Below are positions 52,552 through 61,651 of a stretch of DNA of 64,000 bases, in pieces. The notes under the pieces are model-generated. The model did not search any database and was not told the DNA's origin. It saw nothing but the letters and a program-made list of their open reading frames with translations. A program made the position numbers and the translations under genes. The stretch spans positions 31,753-95,752 of the forward strand of contig CABXSY010000001.1 of assembly GCA_902514875.1 (NCBI GenBank), written 5' to 3'. The stretch is from an uncultured Alphaproteobacteria bacterium (lineage in GTDB: Bacteria > Pseudomonadota > Alphaproteobacteria > HIMB59 > GCA-002718135). Every line of letters starts with the position of its first letter. Position 1 is the stretch's first letter.

Positions 52552-53306
52552 TGGATAGTTTTAATCAAAATAACGTTAAAGCCAATTTACATGATACAAA
52601 CTTTTCTAGAATTGGTATAATTACATTATCAACTGATTTTACCATAGAGCAGGATTTTAGAAAAATTTGCCATAATTTACCAGTTGATCTATTTTTTAAT
52701 AGGATACCTTTTTTAAATCCTCTAACTCATGAAAATTATATGAGGATGGCTGATTATCTTACAGAAACAACAAACCAAATATTACCCAATGAAAAAATAC
52801 AAGTTGTAGCTTATGGATGCACTTCGGGTACTATTGAAATTGGTGAAAAAAGAATAAGATCTGAAATTTTCAAAGCTAAACCTGATGCTTTAATTACGAC
52901 ACCTATTACGGCAGCTGTCAAAGCACTTAAATTGCTTAATCATAAAAAAATTGCTGTTCTTACTCCTTATCCAAAAAATGTTAATGTTAAAGTTTACAAA
53001 TATTTAATTGATAGTGGATTTGAAATTAAATCATTTAGTTCGTTTAATTTAAATTATGATTCGGAAATTGCCAAAGTTACTCATGATAGTTTAATGCAAA
53101 CAATTTCCTCAATTGATTTAACAGATGTTGATAGCATTTTTATTTCTTGTACTGCATTAAAAGTAATTGATATTATCAAAACATTAGAATCAAAATTAAG
53201 CACAGATATCATTTCAAGTAATCAGGCTATTATTTGGGATTCATTAAGATTATCTAATATTAATCAAAAAATTGATGGTTTTGGTAACCTATTTAAATTA
53301 CATTAA
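52551..53306 (+). CDS. eutA: Asp/Glu racemase-superfamily protein (maleate isomerase/arylmalonate decarboxylase-like), EutA-like
   Basis: 251 aa. IGIITLSTDFTIEQDFRKI and the two Cys motifs YGCTSGT and ISCTALK. It comes first in an A-B-C order matching the ectoine utilisation genes. Confidence 0.6.
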   Translation: MDSFNQNNVKANLHDTNFSRIGIITLSTDFTIEQDFRKICHNLPVDLFFNRIPFLNPLTHENYMRMADYLTETTNQILPNEKIQVVAYGCTSGTIEIGEKRIRSEIFKAKPDALITTPITAAVKALKLLNHKKIAVLTPYPKNVNVKVYKYLIDSGFEIKSFSSFNLNYDSEIAKVTHDSLMQTISSIDLTDVDSIFISCTALKVIDIIKTLESKLSTDIISSNQAIIWDSLRLSNINQKIDGFGNLFKLH

Positions 53307-53318
53307 ATAGGGTTTAAA

Positions 53319-54281
53319 TTGATTACACTTCAACAAATACAAGATGCTCATAAGAAAATCTTACCTTATGTTAATTATACGCCGTTAATTAATTCTAATT
53401 TCTTATCAAAAAATACTACAGTAAAACTAAAGTTAGAAAATTTTCAAATCACTGGTTCATTTAAGTTAAGAGGTGCGGTTAATAAACTTCTTTCTTTAAG
53501 TGAAGATGACAAAAGCAAAGGAGTCATCGCAGTTTCTACAGGCAATCATGGTAAAGGTGTTGCTTATGCTTCAAAGGTATTGGGCATTCAATCAACAATA
53601 TATATGTCTTCAATGGTTCCAGAATATAGAAAAGAGGCTATTGAAAAATTAGGAGCAAAAGTAGAAATTATTGGAAAGAATAGTGATGAAGCTGATTTGC
53701 ATGCTAAACAAATTGCGAAAGAAAAAAATATCCCATTAATTCACCCCTTTGATGATAAAGATATTATTATAGGCCAAGGTACAGTTGGACTTGAAATGCT
53801 TAAAGAGTTTCCTGAAGTTGATACTGTAATTATCCCAACATCTGGTGGTGGTCTTATATCTGGAATTGCTCAGGCAATTAAACTTCAAAAACCTGACACA
53901 AAAATTATTGCTGTATCTATGGAAAGAGGTCCTTCAATGTATGAAAGTCTAAAAGAAGGTAAACCTGTCGATGTAGAGGAAACTGAAACTTTAGCTGATT
54001 GTTTAGGAGGAAGTATTGGTCTAGATAATAAATTTACATTTAATATTGTACAAGAATACGTTGATGACTTTGTTTTAGTGAGTGAAGAAAAAATAGCTGA
54101 AGGAATTAGAATAAATTTTTTAGAACATAAAATTGTATCTGAAGGTGCAGCAGCAACAAGTGTAATGGTTGTTAAAGAAAAACTAACATCGCACTTAGGA
54201 AAAAATATAATCTGTTTAATTTGTGGTGGAAATATTGACTCAGAATTGTTTAACAAAGTTTTAAGTCATGCTCATCCTTAA
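53319..54281 (+). CDS. eutB: threonine/serine dehydratase-like PLP enzyme, EutB-like
   Basis: 320 aa. PLP-lysine motif GSFKLRGA, STGNHGKGVA, PTSGGGLISG. Confidence 0.65.
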   Translation: MITLQQIQDAHKKILPYVNYTPLINSNFLSKNTTVKLKLENFQITGSFKLRGAVNKLLSLSEDDKSKGVIAVSTGNHGKGVAYASKVLGIQSTIYMSSMVPEYRKEAIEKLGAKVEIIGKNSDEADLHAKQIAKEKNIPLIHPFDDKDIIIGQGTVGLEMLKEFPEVDTVIIPTSGGGLISGIAQAIKLQKPDTKIIAVSMERGPSMYESLKEGKPVDVEETETLADCLGGSIGLDNKFTFNIVQEYVDDFVLVSEEKIAEGIRINFLEHKIVSEGAAATSVMVVKEKLTSHLGKNIICLICGGNIDSELFNKVLSHAHP

Positions 54282-55242
54282 TAAAAATGATATTATTCAA
54301 CATGTAGATTTGAATAAAAATCTCATACCAATAATAGAGGAAGCGTTTAAAAGTTTATCAAATGGTTTGGTAATGATGCCACCTATAATGAGAATTGATA
54401 TTGAAAAATATCATGGTGAATCAGATGTTAAAGCTGCATACGTTGAGGGTCTTGATAGTTTTGCAATTAAAATCGCCTCAGGTTTTTTTGATAATCCAAA
54501 ACTTGGTTTGCCATCTAGTAATGGACTCATGGTTTTGCTAGATTCAAAGACTGGAGTTGTAAAATCTGTTTTATTAGATGAAGGTTATCTTACAGATACT
54601 AGAACAGCTATAGCAGGAGCAATAGCTACAAAATATTTATCAAATCAAAATGCTAATTCTGTTGGTATTATTGGAGCTGGAATTCAAGCTAAATTACAAC
54701 TTCAAGCAATAATGTTAGTTAGAAAAATAAATAAAATAATAATCTGGACAAGAAATGAGACAAAAGCAAATCAATTTATAGAAAGTTTCAAAAATTTAGA
54801 TATAGATTTGCATATAGCTTCTTCTTGCAAAGAATTGGCGAGCTTGTCAGAAATAATCGTTACAACAACTCCTAGTAAAAAACCTCTTTTGGAATTTGAT
54901 TGGATAAAAAAAGGAACTCACATAACAGCAATGGGATCAGATGCTGAACAAAAAAATGAATTAGATCCTCATATGTTAAAACATTGTGATCAATATGTAC
55001 CTGACAATCAATTACAAACAAGTGCTTTGGGTGAATTACATCATGCTATAAAACAAAATATAATTCCTTCTAAAGAAAAATTTCATGAACTTGGCGATAT
55101 TATTAGTGATCCAAGCTTGGGTAGAAAAAATAAAGAAGATATAACGATATGTGATTTGACAGGAACTGGTGTACAAGATACTGCAATAGCAAGATTTGCT
55201 TATAATCTTTGTAAAACAAATAATTTAGGCATCAATATTTAA
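54268..55242 (+). CDS. eutC: ornithine cyclodeaminase/mu-crystallin family protein, EutC-like
   Basis: 324 aa. YLTDTRTAIAGAIATKYL and the Rossmann motif VGIIGAGIQA. Overlaps eutB by 14 nt. Confidence 0.65.
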   Translation: MLILNKNDIIQHVDLNKNLIPIIEEAFKSLSNGLVMMPPIMRIDIEKYHGESDVKAAYVEGLDSFAIKIASGFFDNPKLGLPSSNGLMVLLDSKTGVVKSVLLDEGYLTDTRTAIAGAIATKYLSNQNANSVGIIGAGIQAKLQLQAIMLVRKINKIIIWTRNETKANQFIESFKNLDIDLHIASSCKELASLSEIIVTTTPSKKPLLEFDWIKKGTHITAMGSDAEQKNELDPHMLKHCDQYVPDNQLQTSALGELHHAIKQNIIPSKEKFHELGDIISDPSLGRKNKEDITICDLTGTGVQDTAIARFAYNLCKTNNLGINI

Positions 55243-55245
55243 TTT

Positions 55246-56689
55246 ATGAGTCAAGCAATAATAAAAAAAACGTCTAATTACTTCAAATCAAAAGGAGTTT
55301 TCTTGCCAAGTATAAGTGAACTTCAAGATCCTCAAATTATTAATGATGACATTAAAAATTCTCTAAAAAAAATAAATAATAATGACATCAATCCTCTTAA
55401 CCTCTTTAGAGTTCATTGGTTTAATAAAAGAGATCAATCAGGTTTTGGAAATGAGCCTGAATATATTGTACTTCCAACAGAATTTACAGGTGTTAAGGCA
55501 AAGATAATTGTAAATATGGGACGATATTTTCCCTTAATAACAGCTCATAAAGTATTGGCAGCTTATGGTTGTTTGCTTCCAAGAATATTGAATGGCACTT
55601 TTGATTATGAAAAACATAAAGCCGTTTGGCCTTCGACAGGAAATTATTGTAGAGGCGGAGTGGCAATATCTCGGATAATGGGTCTTAATAGTATCGCAAT
55701 ACTTCCTGAAGGAATGAGTAATGAGAGATTTGAATGGTTGAATAATTGGGTTGAAGATAAAAAAAATATCATAAAGACAAAAGGCACAGAAAGTAATGTT
55801 AAAGAAATCTACGATGCTTGTAATGAATTAAAAAAAAGATAATCAAAATGATATAATAAATCAATTTGATGAATATTATAATTACGGTATTCATCGTTCA
55901 GTAACTGGTCCATCGTTTGAAAAATCATTTCTTAAAGTTAAAGGTAACAGTAATTTAACTCTTAGGTTTTATGTAAGTGCTTCAGGATCAAGTGGTACTC
56001 TAGCAGCAGGAGATTATCTTAAAGATAAATTACAGACGAAGATCGCAGTTGTTGAAGCTTTGGAGTGTCCAACATTGCTTCATGGAGGTTATGGTGAACA
56101 TAATATACAAGGAATTGGTGACAAACATGTTCCCCTTATTCATAATGTAATGAATACAGATTTTGTTGTAGATGTTTCTGATCAAGCTACCAATAATCTA
56201 AATATGATTTTTAATACTGAAATAGGAAAAAATTTTTTAATTGAGAAAAAAAATTTTGACCCTAATTTTGTTTCTCGTCTTCCTGAATTTGGTTTTTCAG
56301 CAATAGCTAATATATTGGCATCAATAAAACTAGCTAAATATATGGATTTAAATAGTGATGACGCAATTATAACGGTTGCTACTGATGGTGCTGATTTGTA
56401 TATGTCAGAATTAAACAAGACCATTGCTGATTTTAAAAATAATTATGATGAAACAGTTTGTGCTGAATTATTTGGACAACACTTATCAGGAGTATCTACT
56501 GATAATATGCTTGAACTCTCTCACATGGATAAGAAAAGAATATTTAATTTAGGTTACTTTACTTGGGTAGAGCAACAAGGTGTTAGTCTTGAAGAATTTG
56601 AAAAAAGAAAAGATCAAAAATTTTGGAATTCACATTATGATTATATGCTTTCTCTAGACAATCAGATTAAAGAATTTAATAATATGTAG
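55246..56689 (+). pseudogene. fold-type II PLP enzyme (CysK/CBS-like, ~480 aa), split by a +1 frameshift in an A8 run (55830-55837)
   Basis: ORF 55246..55842 has a PLP-Lys region (ITAHKVLAAYG) and STGNYCRGGVAISRIMGLNSIAILPEGMS. The next frame is open from 55832: KKDNQNDIINQFDEYYNYGIH...SASGSSGTLAAGDYLKDKLQTKIAVVEALECP. It runs into ORF 56060..56689 (HNIQGIGDKHVPLIHN). Deleting one A gives a continuous protein. Confidence 0.75.
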
Positions 56690-56692
56690 GTT

Positions 56693-57847
56693 ATGAAAAC
56701 TCAGTCATTACATAACCAATTAGTAGAATGGCGTCATGATCTTCATATGCACCCTCAAATAAGTTTTGAAGAAGAATATGCTGCAGCAAAAGTGTCAGCA
56801 CTTCTAAAAGAGTTTGGAATAGAAGTTCATACTGGTATTGCCAGAACTGGAGTAGTTGGAATTTTAAAAAAAGGAAATAGTTCAAAATCAATAGGTATAA
56901 GAGCTGACATGGATGCTCTTCCTATACATGAAACTAATAAGTTTAATTATAAGTCAAAGTTTGATAACAGAATGCATGCATGTGGACATGATGGTCACAC
57001 AACAATGTTATTAGGTGCAGCAAAATATTTATCAGAAAAAGGTAACTTTAACGGTACGGTATATTTTATTTTTCAACCTGATGAAGAGAATACTTTTGGT
57101 GCAAGAACAATGATAGATGAAGGATTGTTTGAAAAATTTAACATTGATGAAGTTTACGCTATGCACAATATTCCTAACATGGAAATTGGAACATTTGGTA
57201 CAAGAAATGGAGCAATCACAGCAAGTGAAAATTTATTTGAAATTGAAATAAAAGCTAAAGGTGGGCATGCTGCATTACCTCATATGGGTGTCGATGCAAT
57301 AACTGTTGGTTCTCAAATAGCTGTAGCACTTCAATCAATAGTGTCTAGGAAATTAAATCCAGCAGATAATGGCATAGTGTCTATTACTGAATTTATAACT
57401 GATGGTAAAAAAAATGTTCTGCCAGGTATGGTAAAAATGACTGGTGATGCAAGAGCTTTATCTAAAGAAACAAATGAAAACATTGCTTCAAATATGTTGC
57501 AAATTGTCGAAGGAATATGCAATGCACATGGTGTTAATGGCAGTGTTAAATATGAAACAGCCTGTCCTGTAACTTTTAATTCAAAAAATCAAACTGAGTC
57601 TGCAACAAAAGCTGCAGTATCATTACTTGGAAGTGACAAATGTAACAGTGATATTGAACCACGTTTATTTTCAGAAGATTTTTCTATTATGGCAAATGAA
57701 AAACCTGGCTGCTTTGTTTTAATGGGTAACGGCACATCAGAACAGCATTCTAGACCTTTACATGCTGACAACTATGATTTTAATGACGAATTATTAGTCA
57801 TAGGTTCTTCATATTGGACTGCATTGGTAGAACAACAATTAAAATAA
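56693..57847 (+). CDS. M20-family amidohydrolase (hippurate hydrolase/N-acyl-amino-acid deacylase-like)
   Basis: 384 aa. WRHDLHMHPQISFEE, RADMDALP, HACGHDGH, FQPDEE. Confidence 0.85.
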   Translation: MKTQSLHNQLVEWRHDLHMHPQISFEEEYAAAKVSALLKEFGIEVHTGIARTGVVGILKKGNSSKSIGIRADMDALPIHETNKFNYKSKFDNRMHACGHDGHTTMLLGAAKYLSEKGNFNGTVYFIFQPDEENTFGARTMIDEGLFEKFNIDEVYAMHNIPNMEIGTFGTRNGAITASENLFEIEIKAKGGHAALPHMGVDAITVGSQIAVALQSIVSRKLNPADNGIVSITEFITDGKKNVLPGMVKMTGDARALSKETNENIASNMLQIVEGICNAHGVNGSVKYETACPVTFNSKNQTESATKAAVSLLGSDKCNSDIEPRLFSEDFSIMANEKPGCFVLMGNGTSEQHSRPLHADNYDFNDELLVIGSSYWTALVEQQLK

Positions 57848-59005
57848 ATGTTTTCTGCAAATTTAAATAAATTAAAGAAAAAAATGTCTGAGAATAATAT
57901 TGATCTCTCAATTATAACAGATGATGACTCGATATATTATTTCACAGGATATCATGACTTTCTTCATATGGATTTTAATCGACCAACATTATTAGTTGTT
58001 TCAAATGATCATAAAACTTATTTAATTACACCTCTTCTTGATGTTTTATTAGTACCAGAATCTTGTCCTGTAGATATGGTTGAAACATGGAATGATGGTA
58101 TTGGAAATGAATGGAGAGAATTATTACCTCAAATCATCAATCAGCATAAAAATATTTTTATTGAAAAATTTAAAATTAACCCAATGGTTAAGAGTTATTT
58201 AGACGAATTACTTCAAGACCAACTTGGGGATTTAACCAAATTAATAGATAATATAAGAATGATTAAATCTAATCATGAATTGAATATAGCTCGTCATGCC
58301 GGCGAAGTTGGTATGGCTATGATGGAGGCAGCAAAAAAAACAATTGGCCATAATGTTCCTGAGTATGAGGTTGCACTTGCACAATCTCAAGCTGGAACAA
58401 GAAAAGCTGCAGATCTTTTAAAAGAATTTTATCCTGATAATATCAATATGTCTCCAAATATTCACTTTTTACCTGTTATGACATCGGGTCATGATTTACC
58501 TAAAACTCACCATCGTGCTTCAACCAAAATTATAAAAAAAGGTGATCCCGTATTCGTATGTTATTGTGGTTCTACAAATTTCCATAGGTTTAAACTAGGT
58601 TTTGACAGAATATTTTGGGTAGAAGAAATTCAATCTGACGAACAAATAAAAGCTTTTGAGACTGCGGTTAAATCTCAAAAAGCTGCTCTTGAAATTCTTG
58701 GCCCTGGAGTAACAGCTGAAGAAGTTCATGCTGCTTATGCAGATACTATACAGTCTGAGGGATACCCTTATCCTACATTTCGATGTGGAAGAGGTACAGG
58801 CTTTAGCTTTTTAGAGGAACCACAATTAGTAGTTGGTAATAAAACAGTACTGGAGCCTGGAATGGTATTTGCCGTTGATGGTGGGGCAAGTGCAAATAAT
58901 TTTAGATCACAAGTTGGTGATAGTTTTATTATAACAAAAGATGGATACGAACAAATTACACATCATTCTAAAAATATTGATGACCTAATAATTCCACATG
59001 GATGA
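57848..59005 (+). CDS. M24-family hydrolase (creatinase/Xaa-Pro peptidase fold; ectoine hydrolase DoeA/EutD-like or creatinase-like)
   Basis: 385 aa. N-terminal creatinase-type domain, then a pita-bread domain (IRMIKSNHELNIARHAG, VEPGMVFAVDGG). The substrate cannot be assigned from sequence alone. Confidence 0.75.
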   Translation: MFSANLNKLKKKMSENNIDLSIITDDDSIYYFTGYHDFLHMDFNRPTLLVVSNDHKTYLITPLLDVLLVPESCPVDMVETWNDGIGNEWRELLPQIINQHKNIFIEKFKINPMVKSYLDELLQDQLGDLTKLIDNIRMIKSNHELNIARHAGEVGMAMMEAAKKTIGHNVPEYEVALAQSQAGTRKAADLLKEFYPDNINMSPNIHFLPVMTSGHDLPKTHHRASTKIIKKGDPVFVCYCGSTNFHRFKLGFDRIFWVEEIQSDEQIKAFETAVKSQKAALEILGPGVTAEEVHAAYADTIQSEGYPYPTFRCGRGTGFSFLEEPQLVVGNKTVLEPGMVFAVDGGASANNFRSQVGDSFIITKDGYEQITHHSKNIDDLIIPHG

Positions 59006-60023
59006 AATCACAGTATTTAACACACATTGCTGTGGTGAAATTGGGGATGTCGTAACTGGAATTAAAGGCTTGAAGTTTAATTCACCTGAGGAAGCTTCTA
59101 AAAAACTTTTTTTAGATAAAAAATGGAGAAATTTTTTTTTAAATGAACCTCGGGGAGGGGTCTTTAAACATTGTAATATTATTTTAGAACCTTCAAATAA
59201 AAATGCAGATGCTGGATTTGTAATCATGGAACCAGAAGATAATCCTCCAATGAGCGGATCAAATGCAATTTGTGTAACGACAGTCTTATTAGAAAAAAAT
59301 ATTGTTCAAATGAAATATCCTAAAACCATGCTTACACTTGAAGCTCCCGGTGGTTTAATAAAAGTTGTTGCTGATTGTGAAAATAAGAAAGTTAAAAGTG
59401 TCACTTTAACTAATCTTGCCTGCTTTGCAGATAAAATAGATGTAGATTTAAAGACTAAAAATTATGGTACAATTAAAGTAAGTACTGCTTTTGGAGGTGA
59501 CAGTTTTTTAATTTGTAATGCTAGTGATTTTAATCTTAAAATTGAACCAAAGAATGCAAATAAATTTGTAAATGTTGCTAAAGAATTATTGAAAGAAGCA
59601 AACGCATCTATAGGGTTTGAACATCCTACTATTAAAGGTTTAGACTATCTTTCTTTTTGCCAATTTATTGAACCCTTAAAAAAAAATAATCAATCATTAC
59701 TTACAGGATTAAATACAGTTGTTATACGACCTGGGAAACTTGATCGTTCACCCTGTGGTACAGGTACTTCAGCAAGATTAGCAGTAATGAAAGAAAAAAA
59801 TGAAATACAAATAAATGAAGAATTTATATCAAAGTCTATTATAGGATCTTCATTTAAAGCAAGTATTGAAAAAGAAATTAAAATTAATAACAAAAATTGT
59901 ATTATTCCAAAAATAACAGGTAGTGCATTTATTACTGGAAAACAAAGTTTATATATCGATAAGGATGATCCTTTTCCAGAAGGTTATAGATTAAATGACA
60001 CATGGCCAGATTCATCAAGTTAA
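58998..60023 (+). CDS. proline racemase/4-hydroxyproline epimerase superfamily protein with a Ser/Cys catalytic pair
   Basis: 341 aa. NEPRGG, PMSGSNAICV (Ser where racemases have the first catalytic Cys) and LDRSPCGTGTSARLA (second Cys present). Confidence 0.8.
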   Translation: MDEITVFNTHCCGEIGDVVTGIKGLKFNSPEEASKKLFLDKKWRNFFLNEPRGGVFKHCNIILEPSNKNADAGFVIMEPEDNPPMSGSNAICVTTVLLEKNIVQMKYPKTMLTLEAPGGLIKVVADCENKKVKSVTLTNLACFADKIDVDLKTKNYGTIKVSTAFGGDSFLICNASDFNLKIEPKNANKFVNVAKELLKEANASIGFEHPTIKGLDYLSFCQFIEPLKKNNQSLLTGLNTVVIRPGKLDRSPCGTGTSARLAVMKEKNEIQINEEFISKSIIGSSFKASIEKEIKINNKNCIIPKITGSAFITGKQSLYIDKDDPFPEGYRLNDTWPDSSS

Positions 60024-60099
60024 CTGTGATTAAATAACACTAGCATGGCAAGTTAATTCATTTTACTTTCATCAACTATTCTAATAATTAATAAAACAA

Positions 60100-61366
60100 A
60101 TGACAAAATTTAATGCCTGGAATGTAATTAAAAAACGGTTTAAATGGTCAGTCTTATTGGACTAGACAATGGCGTGATCCAGAACCAAAAAGTAGTTATG
60201 ATGTTGTAATAATTGGGGGAGGTTTACACGGTCTTGCCACGGCATATTATTTAGCAAAGAATCATAATATAAAAAATGTAGCTGTCTTAGAAAAAGGCTG
60301 GATTGGTGGAGGAAACGCTGGACGTAATACAACTATTGTAAGATCAAATTATATGATGCCAGGCAACCACGAATTTTATGAACATTCTTTAAAGTTATGG
60401 GAAAATTTAAGTCACGAATTAAATTATAATGTAATGTTTAGCCAACGAGCTCATGTCTCGTTATTTCATAGTCCTGGTGCTAAAGATTCAGTTTCACGGA
60501 TTTATAATATTATGCGACTCCATGGAACTGATGCAGAACTTTGGGATTTAAAAACTTTAAAGAAAAAAATTCCACATTTAAATTATCATAATTCTAGATT
60601 TCCAATACTTGGAGCTGCAGTTCAAAAAAGAGCAGGCAATGCAAGACACGATGCAGTTGCATGGGGTTATGCAAGGGCTGCAGATACATTAGGTGTAGAC
60701 ATTCTTCAAAATTGTGAAGTTACAGGTTTTACAAGAAAGAATGGAAATATTGAAAGTATTCAAACTTCAAGAGGAATTATAAAAGGAAAGAAAATAGGAT
60801 TTGCTGTTGCAGGCAATACTTCAGTATTATGGCAAATGGCAGAATTAGGCAACCTGCCAATTGAATCCCATAAACTACAAGCATTTGTATCTGAGGCTGT
60901 TAAACCACTTCTAGACCAGGTTGTTGTTTATGGTGTAGGTGGTGCGCATTTCTATATATCGCAGTCAGATAAAGGAAGCATGGTGTTTGGTGGTGATCTT
61001 GACTGGTATAAATCATATGCGCAAAGAGGAAATCTTCCTATGGTTCAAGATGTTGCCGAAGCGGCCATGGCAATATTTCCTTCACTTGGAAGAATAAGAT
61101 TACTTCGTCATTGGGCAGGCGTTATGGACATGACAATGGACGGATCATTTTTTATTTGCAAAACGCCGATATCTAATCTCTATTTAAATGCTGGTTGGAA
61201 CTATGGTGGTTTCAAAGCTAGTCCTGCATCAGGTTGGTATTTTGCCGACTTAATTGCAAATGAAAGCCCCCATAACTACGTGCAAAATCATAATTTAGAA
61301 AGATTTGAAAAAGGTATTAATATTGATGAACGCGGCGCAGGACCTGATCCAAAATTGCACGGTTAA
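60100..61366 (+). pseudogene. soxB: sarcosine oxidase beta subunit, split by a +1 frameshift in an A6 run (60130-60135)
   Basis: ATG at 60100 gives MTKFNAWNVIKK and then stops at 60163-60165. The next frame, from 60134, reads NGLNGQSYWTRQWRDPEPKSSYDVVIIGGGLHGLATAYYLAKNHNIKNVAVLEKGWIGGGNAGRNTTIVRSNYMMPGN and continues into ORF 60353..61366. The FAD GxGxxG motif (60215-60232) lies upstream of the first in-frame ATG. Confidence 0.8.
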
Positions 61367-61651
61367 ATGATTAGAATCAATTGTCCTTATTGTGGTGAAA
61401 GAGATCATAGTGAATTTAGTTATGGAGGAGATGCAACAATCAATTATCCTTCGTTAGATGCATCAGAGAAAGAATGGACTGAAGCTATATTTTTCAGAAA
61501 AAATATAAAAGGTTTTCAATTTGAAACATGGCATCATTCTAATGGATGTAGAATGTGGTTGGTAGTTGAACGTTCTACTGTCACTCATGAAATAAAAAGT
61601 GTCAAACCATGCCATCCGGATTTACAGAAGGTTGTAGAAAATAATAAATGA
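61367..61651 (+). CDS. soxD: sarcosine oxidase delta subunit
   Basis: 94 aa. MIRINCPYCGERDHSEFSYGGDA... Zn-ribbon-like N-terminus. Lies between soxB and soxA. Confidence 0.9.
   Translation: MIRINCPYCGERDHSEFSYGGDATINYPSLDASEKEWTEAIFFRKNIKGFQFETWHHSNGCRMWLVVERSTVTHEIKSVKPCHPDLQKVVENNK

Noticed and set aside
60353-61366. soxB as a stand-alone 337-aa ORF
   Set aside because: It would lack the N-terminal FAD-binding GxGxxG. That motif is encoded in-frame upstream (60215-60232) without any start codon. The gene is better described as frameshifted from ATG 60100.
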